From Candidatus Omnitrophota bacterium (GTDB lineage Bacteria > Omnitrophota > Gorgyraeia > Duberdicusellales > 4484-171): a stretch of DNA of 41,502 bases. How positions within the stretch are numbered: position 1 is the stretch's first letter; the number at the start of each line of letters is the position of its first letter. This document shows, one piece after another, positions 8,142-17,295 of this stretch. A program made the position numbers and the translations under genes. Below the pieces are notes generated by a model. The model ran no database searches and was not told the origin of the DNA. It saw only the letters and a list, made by a program, of their open reading frames with translations. The DNA lies in the NCBI GenBank assembly GCA_021735655.1, contig JAIPGM010000013.1, positions 1 through 41,502 on the forward strand. Reading direction: 5' to 3'.

Positions 8142-9521
8142 TTATTCTTCTTTGAGACACTCTATATTAAGTTCCTTTAACTGCTTCTTTGAAACCTGAC
8201 TTGGAGCTTCAGTCAAAGGACAAATACCTTTTTGAGTCTTAGGGAAAGCAATAACTTCCCTGATACTTTCTGAACCACTTATTATAGCATAGAGTCGGTC
8301 AAGACCAAAGGCAATACCGCCATGAACCGGAACGCCGTACTTAAAAGACCTCAATAAAAAACCGAACTTACTCTCAGCATCTTCTTTAGAAATCCCTAAA
8401 ATACTAAAAATTTTCTGCTGCAGTTCAGGACAATGTATCCTTATTGAGCCACTACCTAGTTCCTGGCCATTTAATACTAAATCATAAGCTCGAGCTCTCA
8501 CCTTTGATAAGTCTCCATCAAGAAACTTCATATCTTCAGTATTAGGCGAAGTAAACGGATGATGGCTCATCTGCCAAGACTTATCTTCCTGATTAAGCTC
8601 AAAAAGCGGAAAGTCAACAACCCAGACAAAGCGATAATCCCCTTCACCGACATCAGGCTTATCACTCTTATATTTTTCAGCTGCCTCACGATGAGTAATA
8701 CGCTTAAAAGGAGTTTTGATCTCAACTCCCAAAGCTTTAGAGAAAACTTCAGCAAACATTCTCTCGACTAGCGAAAAAATATCATCCTCCTCGATGAAAG
8801 ATAATTCCATGTCCAACTGCGTAAACTCCGGCTGGCGATCCTTACGCAAATCTTCATCACGAAAACAACGAGCAATCTGATAATATTTATCAATACCCCC
8901 GACCATCAAAATCTGCTTAAAAAGTTGCGGTGACTGAGGTAGAGCGTAAAATTTACCTTGCTGGAGACGACTAGGCACAAGATAATCCCTGGCTCCCTCA
9001 GGTGTTGATTTATTAAGAAAGGGAGTTTCAATTTCTAAAAAATCTTCTTTGTTCAAAAAGCTTCTAAATTCCTGGTTAAACTTGTGTCTTAACTCAAGTT
9101 TTTTCCTAACTTCTTCACGACGTAAATCAAGATAACGATAACGCAAGCGGGTTTCTTCACCAATTTCAGCCGTGCCATCAAGCTCGAAAGGCAAATCCTG
9201 AGCCTTGCCAATAATCTCTAGCTGCTCAGCACAAACTTCAATAAGCCCAGTAGGAATATTAGGATTTTCGGTATTTTTCGGTCTTAAACCAACTTTACCG
9301 ATAATTTTTACCGAATCTTCATTACGTAATTTTTTTGCTTTCTCATAAGTTTCCTGATTAGGTTTGGGTAAAAATATCACTTGGGTGATTCCATAACGAT
9401 CACGAATGTCGATAAAAATAAGCTTACCATGATCGCGCCGTGAAGCAACCCAGCCACAAAGACTTACTTCTTGATTGATATTATCATTATTTAATTGACC
9501 GCAGGTGTGAGTTCTGAGCAT
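8142..9521 (-). CDS. aspS: Aspartate--tRNA ligase, compact form (~459 aa) apparently lacking the bacterial GAD insertion domain. Start moved to the internal ATG at 9521.
   Basis: MLRTHTCGQL...VSLCGWV N-terminus aligns with the canonical AspRS start. Motif 2 FRDEDLRKDRQPEFTQLDMELSF. Motif 3 GGIAFGLDRL. GGAG lies 4 nt upstream of the ATG at 9521. The ORF-track start at 9581 would add a 20-aa basic extension overlapping hisS by 91 nt. Confidence 0.85.
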   Translation of the reverse strand: MLRTHTCGQLNNDNINQEVSLCGWVASRRDHGKLIFIDIRDRYGITQVIFLPKPNQETYEKAKKLRNEDSVKIIGKVGLRPKNTENPNIPTGLIEVCAEQLEIIGKAQDLPFELDGTAEIGEETRLRYRYLDLRREEVRKKLELRHKFNQEFRSFLNKEDFLEIETPFLNKSTPEGARDYLVPSRLQQGKFYALPQSPQLFKQILMVGGIDKYYQIARCFRDEDLRKDRQPEFTQLDMELSFIEEDDIFSLVERMFAEVFSKALGVEIKTPFKRITHREAAEKYKSDKPDVGEGDYRFVWVVDFPLFELNQEDKSWQMSHHPFTSPNTEDMKFLDGDLSKVRARAYDLVLNGQELGSGSIRIHCPELQQKIFSILGISKEDAESKFGFLLRSFKYGVPVHGGIAFGLDRLYAIISGSESIREVIAFPKTQKGICPLTEAPSQVSKKQLKELNIECLKEE

Positions 9522-10747
9522 AAATCTCCTATCTTTACTTGTTTTTGACTTCCTTTTTCCATATCCTTTAAAAGCACGCAACCTTGCTTAAATTCATCAT
9601 CGCCGACAATTACAACGTAGCGTGCACCATTTTTCTGAGCAAACCTTAATTGGCCTTTTAAAGATTTCTGACAATAATCATAGTCAGAGATTATCCCTTC
9701 TTTTCGTAAACTATTCAAGATTTTAAAAGCCGGTTCTCTAAGATCTTCTCCGGCAATAGCTATAAAAACATCAACTTTAGGCTGATCATCTTTTTTATCT
9801 AAAGCCAAAAGTATTCTCTCAACACCTAAAGCAAAACCGATGGCTGGCTTACTTGGACCACCTAAAGCATCAATTAGGTTATTATATCTGCCTCCGGCTC
9901 CAATCGCACTCTGAGCACCCAGCCTAGAAGAAGTAATTTCAAAAACCGTGTTCGTGTAATAGTCGAGTCCACGAACCAAATAAGGCTCATGAACATATTT
10001 GACGCCTAAATCTTTAAGTAAATTTGTTAAATTTTTGTAATTTTTTGAACAATCAGAACAAAGATGATTGCTTGACCCATCTTGTCCAATAAAGCTTTTA
10101 ACTTGCTTACGGCACTCTTCTTTTTTGCAATCTAAAACTCTTAAAGGATTAACCTCTGATCTCCTAAGGCAATCTTCGCAAAGCTGCTTTTTAGCCTTAG
10201 TTAAACTCTCTTTGAGTAAACGGCTAAATGCGTCCTTATCCTTCTTACAACCTAAAGAGTTTATCAGTAACTTTTTCTCCTTGATCCCAACTGAATCCAA
10301 AATCTCTAAACTCAAAAGTATCATCTCAGCATCAAGATAAAAACTGTCTGAGCCAATAGCTTCGGCACCTAAATGATGAAACTGGCGCAAGCGCCCCTTC
10401 TGGGGACGTTCGCCACGAAACATTGGACCGACATAAAAGAATTTATGAAAATCGCTTTTTTTATGCAGTGAGTTCTGAAGATAATATCTAACAACTTGGG
10501 CAGTGCCTTCAGGGCGTAAAACAACATCCTTACCCTCTATCTTAAACATCTGACGTTCAACAATATCAGTACCTTGCCCTACCCCTCTAATAAATAAATC
10601 CTTCTCTTCCAATAAAGGCAGGATAATTTCCTGATATCCGTACAAACCGAATATTCTCTGAGCTTCATCACTAATGGCTCGAAAAGTTAAGGCTTGAGAA
10701 GCATCAAAATCTAAAGTCCCGCGTATATTATTATACGTCTTCTTCAC
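9491..10747 (-). CDS. hisS: Histidine--tRNA ligase (GTG start).
   Basis: Class IIa HisRS blocks (VLRPEGTAQVVRYY, GGRYNNL). AGGAGG lies 9 nt upstream of the GTG. Length 418 aa. Confidence 0.9.
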   Translation of the reverse strand: MKKTYNNIRGTLDFDASQALTFRAISDEAQRIFGLYGYQEIILPLLEEKDLFIRGVGQGTDIVERQMFKIEGKDVVLRPEGTAQVVRYYLQNSLHKKSDFHKFFYVGPMFRGERPQKGRLRQFHHLGAEAIGSDSFYLDAEMILLSLEILDSVGIKEKKLLINSLGCKKDKDAFSRLLKESLTKAKKQLCEDCLRRSEVNPLRVLDCKKEECRKQVKSFIGQDGSSNHLCSDCSKNYKNLTNLLKDLGVKYVHEPYLVRGLDYYTNTVFEITSSRLGAQSAIGAGGRYNNLIDALGGPSKPAIGFALGVERILLALDKKDDQPKVDVFIAIAGEDLREPAFKILNSLRKEGIISDYDYCQKSLKGQLRFAQKNGARYVVIVGDDEFKQGCVLLKDMEKGSQKQVKIGDLCSELTPAVN

Positions 10748-10820
10748 TTATTTTTTCCTCCTGTAAGATTGCGGAAAGGTACCCGTGGGAGGGAGCTGCT
10801 GAGGTTCATATTAGGAAGAG

Positions 10821-11093
10821 CTACTTTATGTGCTTTTTCATTTCCAGGCCAGGCTTAAAAACAACAGTCCGTCTCTCCGGAACAGGCACGACCTCTCCGG
10901 TTTTCGGGTTTCTGCCAATTCTTTTTTTTCTTTTCTTGACCTGAAACACCCCAAAATTCCGCAGCTCAATCCTATTGCCAGCCTTAAGGGCTTCTAAAAT
11001 GGCATCAAAAGTCCTTTGGACCACTTCCTTTACGACTACCTGCTTTACCTCGGTGTCCTGGCTGATTTTAAGAACTATATCGCGTTTTCTCAT
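10821..11093 (-). CDS. HU/IHF-family nucleoid-associated DNA-binding protein.
   Basis: 90 aa. RNPKTGEVVPVPERRTVVFKPG beta-arm motif. Confidence 0.85.
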   Translation of the reverse strand: MRKRDIVLKISQDTEVKQVVVKEVVQRTFDAILEALKAGNRIELRNFGVFQVKKRKKRIGRNPKTGEVVPVPERRTVVFKPGLEMKKHIK

Positions 11094-11149
11094 ACTCTAA
11101 GTCTATCAACCTCAAGTCTTAGTGTCAAGAATAAATTTCTCTGAAAAAC

Positions 11150-11176
11150 CTTAAAAATTGGCTTTTTTACCAATTT
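11150..11176 (-). terminator. Weak AT-rich intrinsic terminator downstream of dnaE.
   Basis: 7-bp stem AAATTGG/CCAATTT followed by a T-rich tract on the minus strand, immediately after the dnaE stop. Confidence 0.35.
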
Positions 11177-11180
11177 TCCT

Positions 11181-14100
11181 TTATAAAACAAGGGATAAAT
11201 TATCACTACCGACCACCGAAGAGACCTCTTTTAAGGCCTGCTCGTTAACGGTAATACTAAAGGAATTGGCAGTTTTAACCTTAACCCCGCCGAATCTAGG
11301 ATCCTTGAAAGAAAAAAGAATCGGGACATCGCCCTTATTATCAGTAAAAACTTTCTTTAGCTTATCTAGCGGCAAACCATTACCTTCAATAAAAATATTC
11401 ATCTGCTTAATACTATCAACTAACTTATCTACCGGTATAATCTTAGAAGCTAATATCTTAGGTACTCGTTCTTTAGACTCAACTTGACCTTTTAAAGTTA
11501 TAACTATCTTTTCTCGTAGGTACATTCCGGCCTCCTCAAAGAGACGCGGAAAAACAAAAACTTCAATACTGCCGGTTTCATCTTCGATCTTTAAAATGGC
11601 CATTCGCTGGCCTTTCTTGCGAGTAGTAATCAGACGTAGCTTCTCAATCACCCCGCAGACTATCACTTCCTGACGCATTGGACGCTCATAGAGCGAAGAA
11701 ATTCTTTCTCGTTTAACATAATTAATAACATCCGAATAAGAACGCAGAGGGTGCCCGGTTAAATAAATACCCAAAAGCGACTTTTCAAAGTTTAAAATCT
11801 GGGAAATCGGCCACTCTTCAACATCAGGAATTGTTTCATCTTTAGGCATTTCAAAAAGCATAAGTTGAGAAGCATCTCTTTTTTTACCACCCTTTTCCAA
11901 TAATCTATCTAAAAGCGCTACCATCTGAGCACGTTTTAATCCAAAAGAATCCATAGCTCCTACTTTTACAAGGCTCTCATTAACCTTTTTATTAACTACC
12001 CGCGAATCCACTCGCTCACAAAAATCAAAAATACTCTCAAACTTAGCCTCTTTTCTCATAGCAATAATACTTTCTAGGGCTACTTGGCCTACGTTCTTAA
12101 TTGCCAAAAGGCCAAATCGAATATTGTTATCATCAGTTACCGTAAAATTAGCAAAACTAGTATTTATATCCGGAGGAAGAACTTTAATTTTCATTTGAGC
12201 CGATTCATTAACATACTCAACAATCTTATCAGTATTATTACGCTCGCTAGTTAAAAGAGCAGCCATAAACTCAACTGGATAGTTTGCCTTTAGATAAGCT
12301 GTACGATAAGAAATCATGGCATAGGCAGCCGAATGACTACGGTTAAATCCATAACCGGAAAAATAATCGATCAAATCAAAAATTTGGTTAGCGATTGAAG
12401 CCGGAATTTTATTCTTAGCACAACCCTCCATAAACAAATGTCGCTGCTCATCCATAATTTCAGGAATCTTCTTGCCGATAGCCTTACGCAAAAGATCGGC
12501 CCGGGACATATCAAATCCAGCCAGCTTTGAAACTATTTGCATAATCTGCTCTTGATAGAGAATTATTCCATAAGTTGTTTTTAAGATTGATTCGAGAGCC
12601 GGATGAATATAGGTAATCTGTCTTTTGCCCTGTTTGCGGTTAATAAAATCATCAACCATGCCGCTGCCTAAAGGTCCCGGACGATACAAAGCTAAAACAG
12701 CAATTAAATCCTCAAACTTAGTTGGAATCATCTTAGTTAAGATGCCTCTCATCCCTCTACTTTCAAGCTGAAACACTCCAACTGTATCGCCCTTAGCCAG
12801 GAGTGAAAAGGTTTTTTTATCATTAAGTGGAATCTTAGCGATATCTACGTCCTTACTTTTAGTTCGCCTGATAATTTTTACGGTCTCTTCAATTACAGTA
12901 AGAGTCTTAAGGCCTAAAAAATCCATCTTAAGCAATCCGGTCTTCTCAAGTGACCCCATATCAAAACCAGTAACCGTCTCACCATCAGAACCTTTGATTA
13001 AAGGCACTCTTTCTATTAAGGGCCGATCAGATATCACAACTCCCGCCGCATGGGTTGAAGCATGTCGCGAAAGACCTTCCAACTGCATAGCCACATCAAT
13101 AAGGCGCTTTATCCGAGCATCAGCATCGTAGGCTTCCTGAAGTTCCGGACTTAAAGATAAGGCACCTTTTAAAGTTGTGTTTTGACCAGGGGTATAAGGA
13201 ATCATCTTGGCTATTCTATCGACTTCGGAATAGTTTAATCCCATAACCCTACCAACATCTCTAACTACGGCTCGGGCTAACATAGTTCCAAAAGTAATAA
13301 TCTGGGCAACACAATCCTTACCGTATTTTTTTGCTACATACTCTAAAACCTGAGCTCTTTTTTCATAACAAAAATCAATATCAATATCAGGCATTGAAAT
13401 TCGTGCTGGGTTCAAAAACCGCTCAAAAAGAAGCTGATAAGCCAAAGGATCAATATCGGTTATCTTCAAAAGATAGCTAACAATACTTCCAGCGGCCGAT
13501 CCTCGACCGGGTCCCACTGGGATATGATTCTCTTTAGCAAATTTAATTAAATCCCAAATAATTAAAAAATAGCTGGCAAAACCAGTTTTCTTAATTACAC
13601 CCAACTCATAGTCCAAGCGATCCTTAACTTCTTTATTGACTTTAGGATAACGTTCACTTAGATTTTGAACGCAAATTTTTTTAAGATAGTCTTCCTCGAC
13701 TTCGGTTTCCGGTAAAGGAAAATGCGGCAAGTGTATTTTAGAAAAATCCATAGTCAGATTACACTTTTGAGTAATCTCTAAGGTATTTTTTATAGCCTGG
13801 GGAATTTCTTTAAAAAGATCCTTCATCTCAGCAGGCGTACGAAAATAAAACGTATCGCTATTGAATTTAAAACGCTTAGGATCAGATAACATCCCCTGGG
13901 TCTGGATAGCTAAAAGTGCCTCATGAGCAAAAGCTTCTTCTTTCTCTAAATAATGGATATCGTTAGTAGCTACCAAGGGTATTCCCAGCTCTTTTGAAAT
14001 CTTAACTAGTTCAGAATTTATTTTCTTCTGCTCGTCAAGCCCATTCTCCATAACTTCAAGATAAAAGTTACCTTTACCAAAAATATTTAAATATTTATCA

Positions 14101-14585
14101 GCACACTTGTAAGCACCTTTTAGGTCACCGGAAAGAATATAAGAAGGAACCTCTCCCTTAAGACAAGCACTAGAGGCAATTAAACCCTTGCTATGTTGTG
14201 CCAGCAGCTCATGGTCAACCCGAGGCTTATAGTAAAAACCTTCTAAATGAGCTAAACTTACCAGCCTAATGAGGTTAGCATAACCTACTTCATCTTTAGC
14301 TAACAAAATAAGGTGATGATTAGTGTCAACACCAGGCTTATATTCACGGTCGAATCGCGAACCAGCAGCAACATAAACCTCACAACCAATTATCGGCTTA
14401 ATCCCGCGCTTAACGCAAAGACTATAGAATTTTATTGCCCCAAAAATATTCCCATGATCAGTCATGGCTAAGGCTGGTAATTTAAGCTGAACTGCTTTAT
14501 CGACTAGACGACTTAAGAGGCAGGCCCCATCTAAAAGGCTATACTGAGTATGTACATGCAGATGAACAAAATCGGAATGTTCCAT
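11181..14585 (-). CDS. dnaE: DNA polymerase III alpha subunit (DnaE1 type). Start placed at the ATG at 14585.
   Basis: PHP domain start MEHSDFVHLHVHTQYSLLDGA. Full-length ~1134 aa with polymerase core and OB domain. The ATG at 14585 overlaps the guaA stop as TAATG. The ORF-track GTG at 14594 lies inside guaA. Confidence 0.9.
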   Translation of the reverse strand: MEHSDFVHLHVHTQYSLLDGACLLSRLVDKAVQLKLPALAMTDHGNIFGAIKFYSLCVKRGIKPIIGCEVYVAAGSRFDREYKPGVDTNHHLILLAKDEVGYANLIRLVSLAHLEGFYYKPRVDHELLAQHSKGLIASSACLKGEVPSYILSGDLKGAYKCADKYLNIFGKGNFYLEVMENGLDEQKKINSELVKISKELGIPLVATNDIHYLEKEEAFAHEALLAIQTQGMLSDPKRFKFNSDTFYFRTPAEMKDLFKEIPQAIKNTLEITQKCNLTMDFSKIHLPHFPLPETEVEEDYLKKICVQNLSERYPKVNKEVKDRLDYELGVIKKTGFASYFLIIWDLIKFAKENHIPVGPGRGSAAGSIVSYLLKITDIDPLAYQLLFERFLNPARISMPDIDIDFCYEKRAQVLEYVAKKYGKDCVAQIITFGTMLARAVVRDVGRVMGLNYSEVDRIAKMIPYTPGQNTTLKGALSLSPELQEAYDADARIKRLIDVAMQLEGLSRHASTHAAGVVISDRPLIERVPLIKGSDGETVTGFDMGSLEKTGLLKMDFLGLKTLTVIEETVKIIRRTKSKDVDIAKIPLNDKKTFSLLAKGDTVGVFQLESRGMRGILTKMIPTKFEDLIAVLALYRPGPLGSGMVDDFINRKQGKRQITYIHPALESILKTTYGIILYQEQIMQIVSKLAGFDMSRADLLRKAIGKKIPEIMDEQRHLFMEGCAKNKIPASIANQIFDLIDYFSGYGFNRSHSAAYAMISYRTAYLKANYPVEFMAALLTSERNNTDKIVEYVNESAQMKIKVLPPDINTSFANFTVTDDNNIRFGLLAIKNVGQVALESIIAMRKEAKFESIFDFCERVDSRVVNKKVNESLVKVGAMDSFGLKRAQMVALLDRLLEKGGKKRDASQLMLFEMPKDETIPDVEEWPISQILNFEKSLLGIYLTGHPLRSYSDVINYVKRERISSLYERPMRQEVIVCGVIEKLRLITTRKKGQRMAILKIEDETGSIEVFVFPRLFEEAGMYLREKIVITLKGQVESKERVPKILASKIIPVDKLVDSIKQMNIFIEGNGLPLDKLKKVFTDNKGDVPILFSFKDPRFGGVKVKTANSFSITVNEQALKEVSSVVGSDNLSLVL

Positions 14586-16126
14586 TATTCCCACTCGATA
14601 GTGGCTGGAGGCTTTGAACTAATATCGAAAACTACTCGATTTATTCCTCTTACTTTATTAATTATCGAATTTGAAATCTCATCTAAAACTTCATAGGGAA
14701 GCTTAGCCCAATCAGCGGTCATGCCGTCAGAGCTAGTCACTGCCCGTAAGGCTACCACATGCTCATAAGTGCGCTTGTCCCCCATGACTCCCACCGTTTT
14801 TAAAGGCAAAAGTACACAAAAAGCCTGCCAAGTTTCGTTATAAAGACCACTTTTTCTCATTATTTTTTCAACAATTGCATCAGCCTCTCTTAATATTTTA
14901 AGCTCGCTGGCTTTGACCTCTCCAATAACCCTCACTGCTAAACCAGGACCGGGAAAAGGTTGCCTTTGGATAATCGTCTCTGGAAGTTCGAGAATTTTAG
15001 CGATTTCTCTAACCTCATCTTTAAAAAGCAAGCGAAAGGGCTCAATCAACTTTAACTTCATATCTGAAGGAAGTCCGCCGACATTATGATGAGATTTTAT
15101 CCGAGCAGTCGGGCCGCCGAACAAAGGTATCGATTCAATCACATCAGGATACAAAGTTCCCTGAATAAGAAACTCAACATTCTTTATCTGCCTTGCCTCT
15201 TCCTCAAAAATTCGAATAAATTCATAGCCGATAATCTTACGCTTCTTCTCAGGATCAACGACCCCTTTTAACTTTTTCAAAAAGGAGGAACTGGCATCAA
15301 CATAACGCAGGTCAATCTTGTAATGGTCTCTAAATATTTTAATAACTTGCTGAGCTTCGCCTTTACGCAACACTCCGTTATTTACAAAAATACACTTAAG
15401 CTTTCTGCCCACCGCTTTGCTAATTAAAACTGCAGCGGTTGAAGAATCTACTCCTCCGCTTAAACCACAAATAACATTCTTTTTACCAACCTTTTTCCTT
15501 ATCGATTCTATTTGTTCGGATATAAAGTCTTCTAGCTGCCAGTTAGCAAAGCAATCACAAATTCTAAATAAAAAGTTAGAAATAACCTGAATACCTAATT
15601 CGGTATGAACCACTTCCGGATGGAATTGAACCCCATAGATCTTTTTCTTTGCATTACCGATTGCGGCAAACTTTGTGCTAATCGTATGAGCTAGAACTTT
15701 AAAGTCTTTGGGTAAGCTTAAAACCTTATCGGTATGGCTCATCCAAGAAGTGATTTTAGCTGCCAGCGAAAAGAAAAGGTCCTCATGCTGATCAATATAC
15801 ATCTCAGCTCGGCCATATTCTCGCTTCTTTGACTCGCCGACCTTGCCGCCTAAAGTTTTAACAAAAATCTGCATACCATAGCATATTCCTAGAATTGGTA
15901 TACCTAGTTCAAGGATTTCTTTCTTAATCTTAGGAGCTTTCTTTTCATAAACGCTATGCGGACCGCCGGAAAGGATAATTCCTTTAGGTTTAAGCTTCTT
16001 GATCTTATCAATCGCTATATTGCAGGGCTCAATTACACTGAAAACTTTCAGCTCTCTAACTCTTCTGGCAATAAGCTGCGTATACTGCGAACCAAAATCA
16101 AGAATTAAAATCGTGTCTTTTTTCAT
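14585..16126 (-). CDS. guaA: GMP synthase (glutamine-hydrolysing).
   Basis: N-terminal class I GATase (ILILDFGSQYTQLIARRVRE). ATP-PPase SGGVDSS. C-terminal ...ATIEWE. Length 513 aa. Confidence 0.95.
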   Translation of the reverse strand: MKKDTILILDFGSQYTQLIARRVRELKVFSVIEPCNIAIDKIKKLKPKGIILSGGPHSVYEKKAPKIKKEILELGIPILGICYGMQIFVKTLGGKVGESKKREYGRAEMYIDQHEDLFFSLAAKITSWMSHTDKVLSLPKDFKVLAHTISTKFAAIGNAKKKIYGVQFHPEVVHTELGIQVISNFLFRICDCFANWQLEDFISEQIESIRKKVGKKNVICGLSGGVDSSTAAVLISKAVGRKLKCIFVNNGVLRKGEAQQVIKIFRDHYKIDLRYVDASSSFLKKLKGVVDPEKKRKIIGYEFIRIFEEEARQIKNVEFLIQGTLYPDVIESIPLFGGPTARIKSHHNVGGLPSDMKLKLIEPFRLLFKDEVREIAKILELPETIIQRQPFPGPGLAVRVIGEVKASELKILREADAIVEKIMRKSGLYNETWQAFCVLLPLKTVGVMGDKRTYEHVVALRAVTSSDGMTADWAKLPYEVLDEISNSIINKVRGINRVVFDISSKPPATIEWE

Positions 16127-17283
16127 TTGCCCATACCAACTCTCTGGGAAGCTTGAAAAACCTTTCCTTCAGTTTGGATTGAAGGAGCAATAATAATCTC
16201 AACGAAGTGCATTTCTTTAATGTTTTTTGCGCCTAAAGAGGCCATTGACGTTGAAAGCGCGCCCATAATGTTTTGTGACCCATCATCAACACTAGCTGGG
16301 CCAAAAATAATCTGTTCTAAGCTTCCGGTCACGCCAACTTGAATTCGAGTTCCTCGAGGAAGGTTGCCATGAGAAGTGGCCATCCCCCAATGGAATCCCC
16401 TTCCTGGTGATTCTTCTGAACGAGCAAAAGCCGAGCCAATCATCACACTATCAGCACCGCAGGCAAAAGCTTTACAAACATCTCCACCTCGACTCATCCC
16501 ACCATCAGTAATAATCGAAACATACTTTCCGGTCTTTTGAAAATAAAAATCTCTAGCTGCAGCACAATCAACTGTTGCCGTCACCTGGGGGACTCCGATA
16601 CCCAAAACACCACGAGTCGTACAAGCAGCTCCGGGGCCTACGCCGACTAAAATACCGGCACATCCGGTTTCAAGAAGCTCTAAGGTAACATCATAAGTTA
16701 CGCAATTACCGACAATTACCGGGATCTTCCTTTGCTTGCAAAACTTTTCTAAATTTAAAGGTTTATATTTAGTGGCAATATGCCTGGCTGTAGTGACAGT
16801 TGATTGAACCACAAAACAATCTGCTCCGGCTTCCTCAGCTAACACAGAAAATTTATCGGCATTCTGTGGAATGCAACTTACTGCCGCATAGCCGCCAGAC
16901 TTCTTTATTTCCTGAACTCTTTTTGCGACTAGCTTTTCCTTTATCGGGGTCGTATAAAGCTTCTGAATAAGATTAGTTGCCACCTGGGGGTCAGTATTTG
17001 ATATTTCCTCTAATACTTCATCAGGGTTATCGTATCGGGTTTGTACCCCGTCTAAATTTAAAACTGCGATTCCTCCCAAGCGTGACATCTCAGAAGCGAA
17101 TTTTACTCCAACCACTCCATCCATTGCCGCCGCTAATATCGGAACTGCAAACTTTTTCCCATTAAAATCCCAAGAAATATCTATTTCTTCAGGATTTAAA
17201 GTAATATTTCCCGGAGCAAGGGCAATTTCATCAAAACCATAGCACCTACGAGCTCTTCTTCCTATACCAATCCATTCAGCCAT
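16123..17283 (-). CDS. IMP dehydrogenase family protein lacking the CBS (Bateman) pair (GuaB3-like), in the usual guaB position upstream of guaA.
   Basis: 386 aa. TIM-barrel IMPDH blocks including the catalytic-Cys loop [11 protein letters not shown] and [24 protein letters not shown]. No ~120-aa CBS insertion. Confidence 0.7.
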   Translation of the reverse strand: MAEWIGIGRRARRCYGFDEIALAPGNITLNPEEIDISWDFNGKKFAVPILAAAMDGVVGVKFASEMSRLGGIAVLNLDGVQTRYDNPDEVLEEISNTDPQVATNLIQKLYTTPIKEKLVAKRVQEIKKSGGYAAVSCIPQNADKFSVLAEEAGADCFVVQSTVTTARHIATKYKPLNLEKFCKQRKIPVIVGNCVTYDVTLELLETGCAGILVGVGPGAACTTRGVLGIGVPQVTATVDCAAARDFYFQKTGKYVSIITDGGMSRGGDVCKAFACGADSVMIGSAFARSEESPGRGFHWGMATSHGNLPRGTRIQVGVTGSLEQIIFGPASVDDGSQNIMGALSTSMASLGAKNIKEMHFVEIIIAPSIQTEGKVFQASQRVGMGK

Positions 17284-17295
17284 AATTAACCTCCT

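Noticed and set aside
9522-9581. 20-codon basic N-terminal extension (MRAFKGYGKRKSKTSKDRRF) on aspS.
   Set aside because: The canonical AspRS N-terminus (MLRTHTCGQL) begins at the internal ATG at 9521, which has its own GGAG site. The extension would overlap hisS by 91 nt.
10748-10820. GC-rich segment (GGTACCCGTGGGAGGGAGCTGC) between HU and hisS as a structured RNA or terminator.
   Set aside because: No clean inverted repeat could be drawn. It more likely just contains the hisS SD site (AGGAGG) and promoter. No T-tract follows it.
14586-14594. GTG start (MGIMEHS) for dnaE.
   Set aside because: The DnaE consensus begins at MEHSDFVHLHVHT. The ATG at 14585 overlaps the guaA stop as TAATG (coupling). 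The GTG lies inside the guaA coding sequence.
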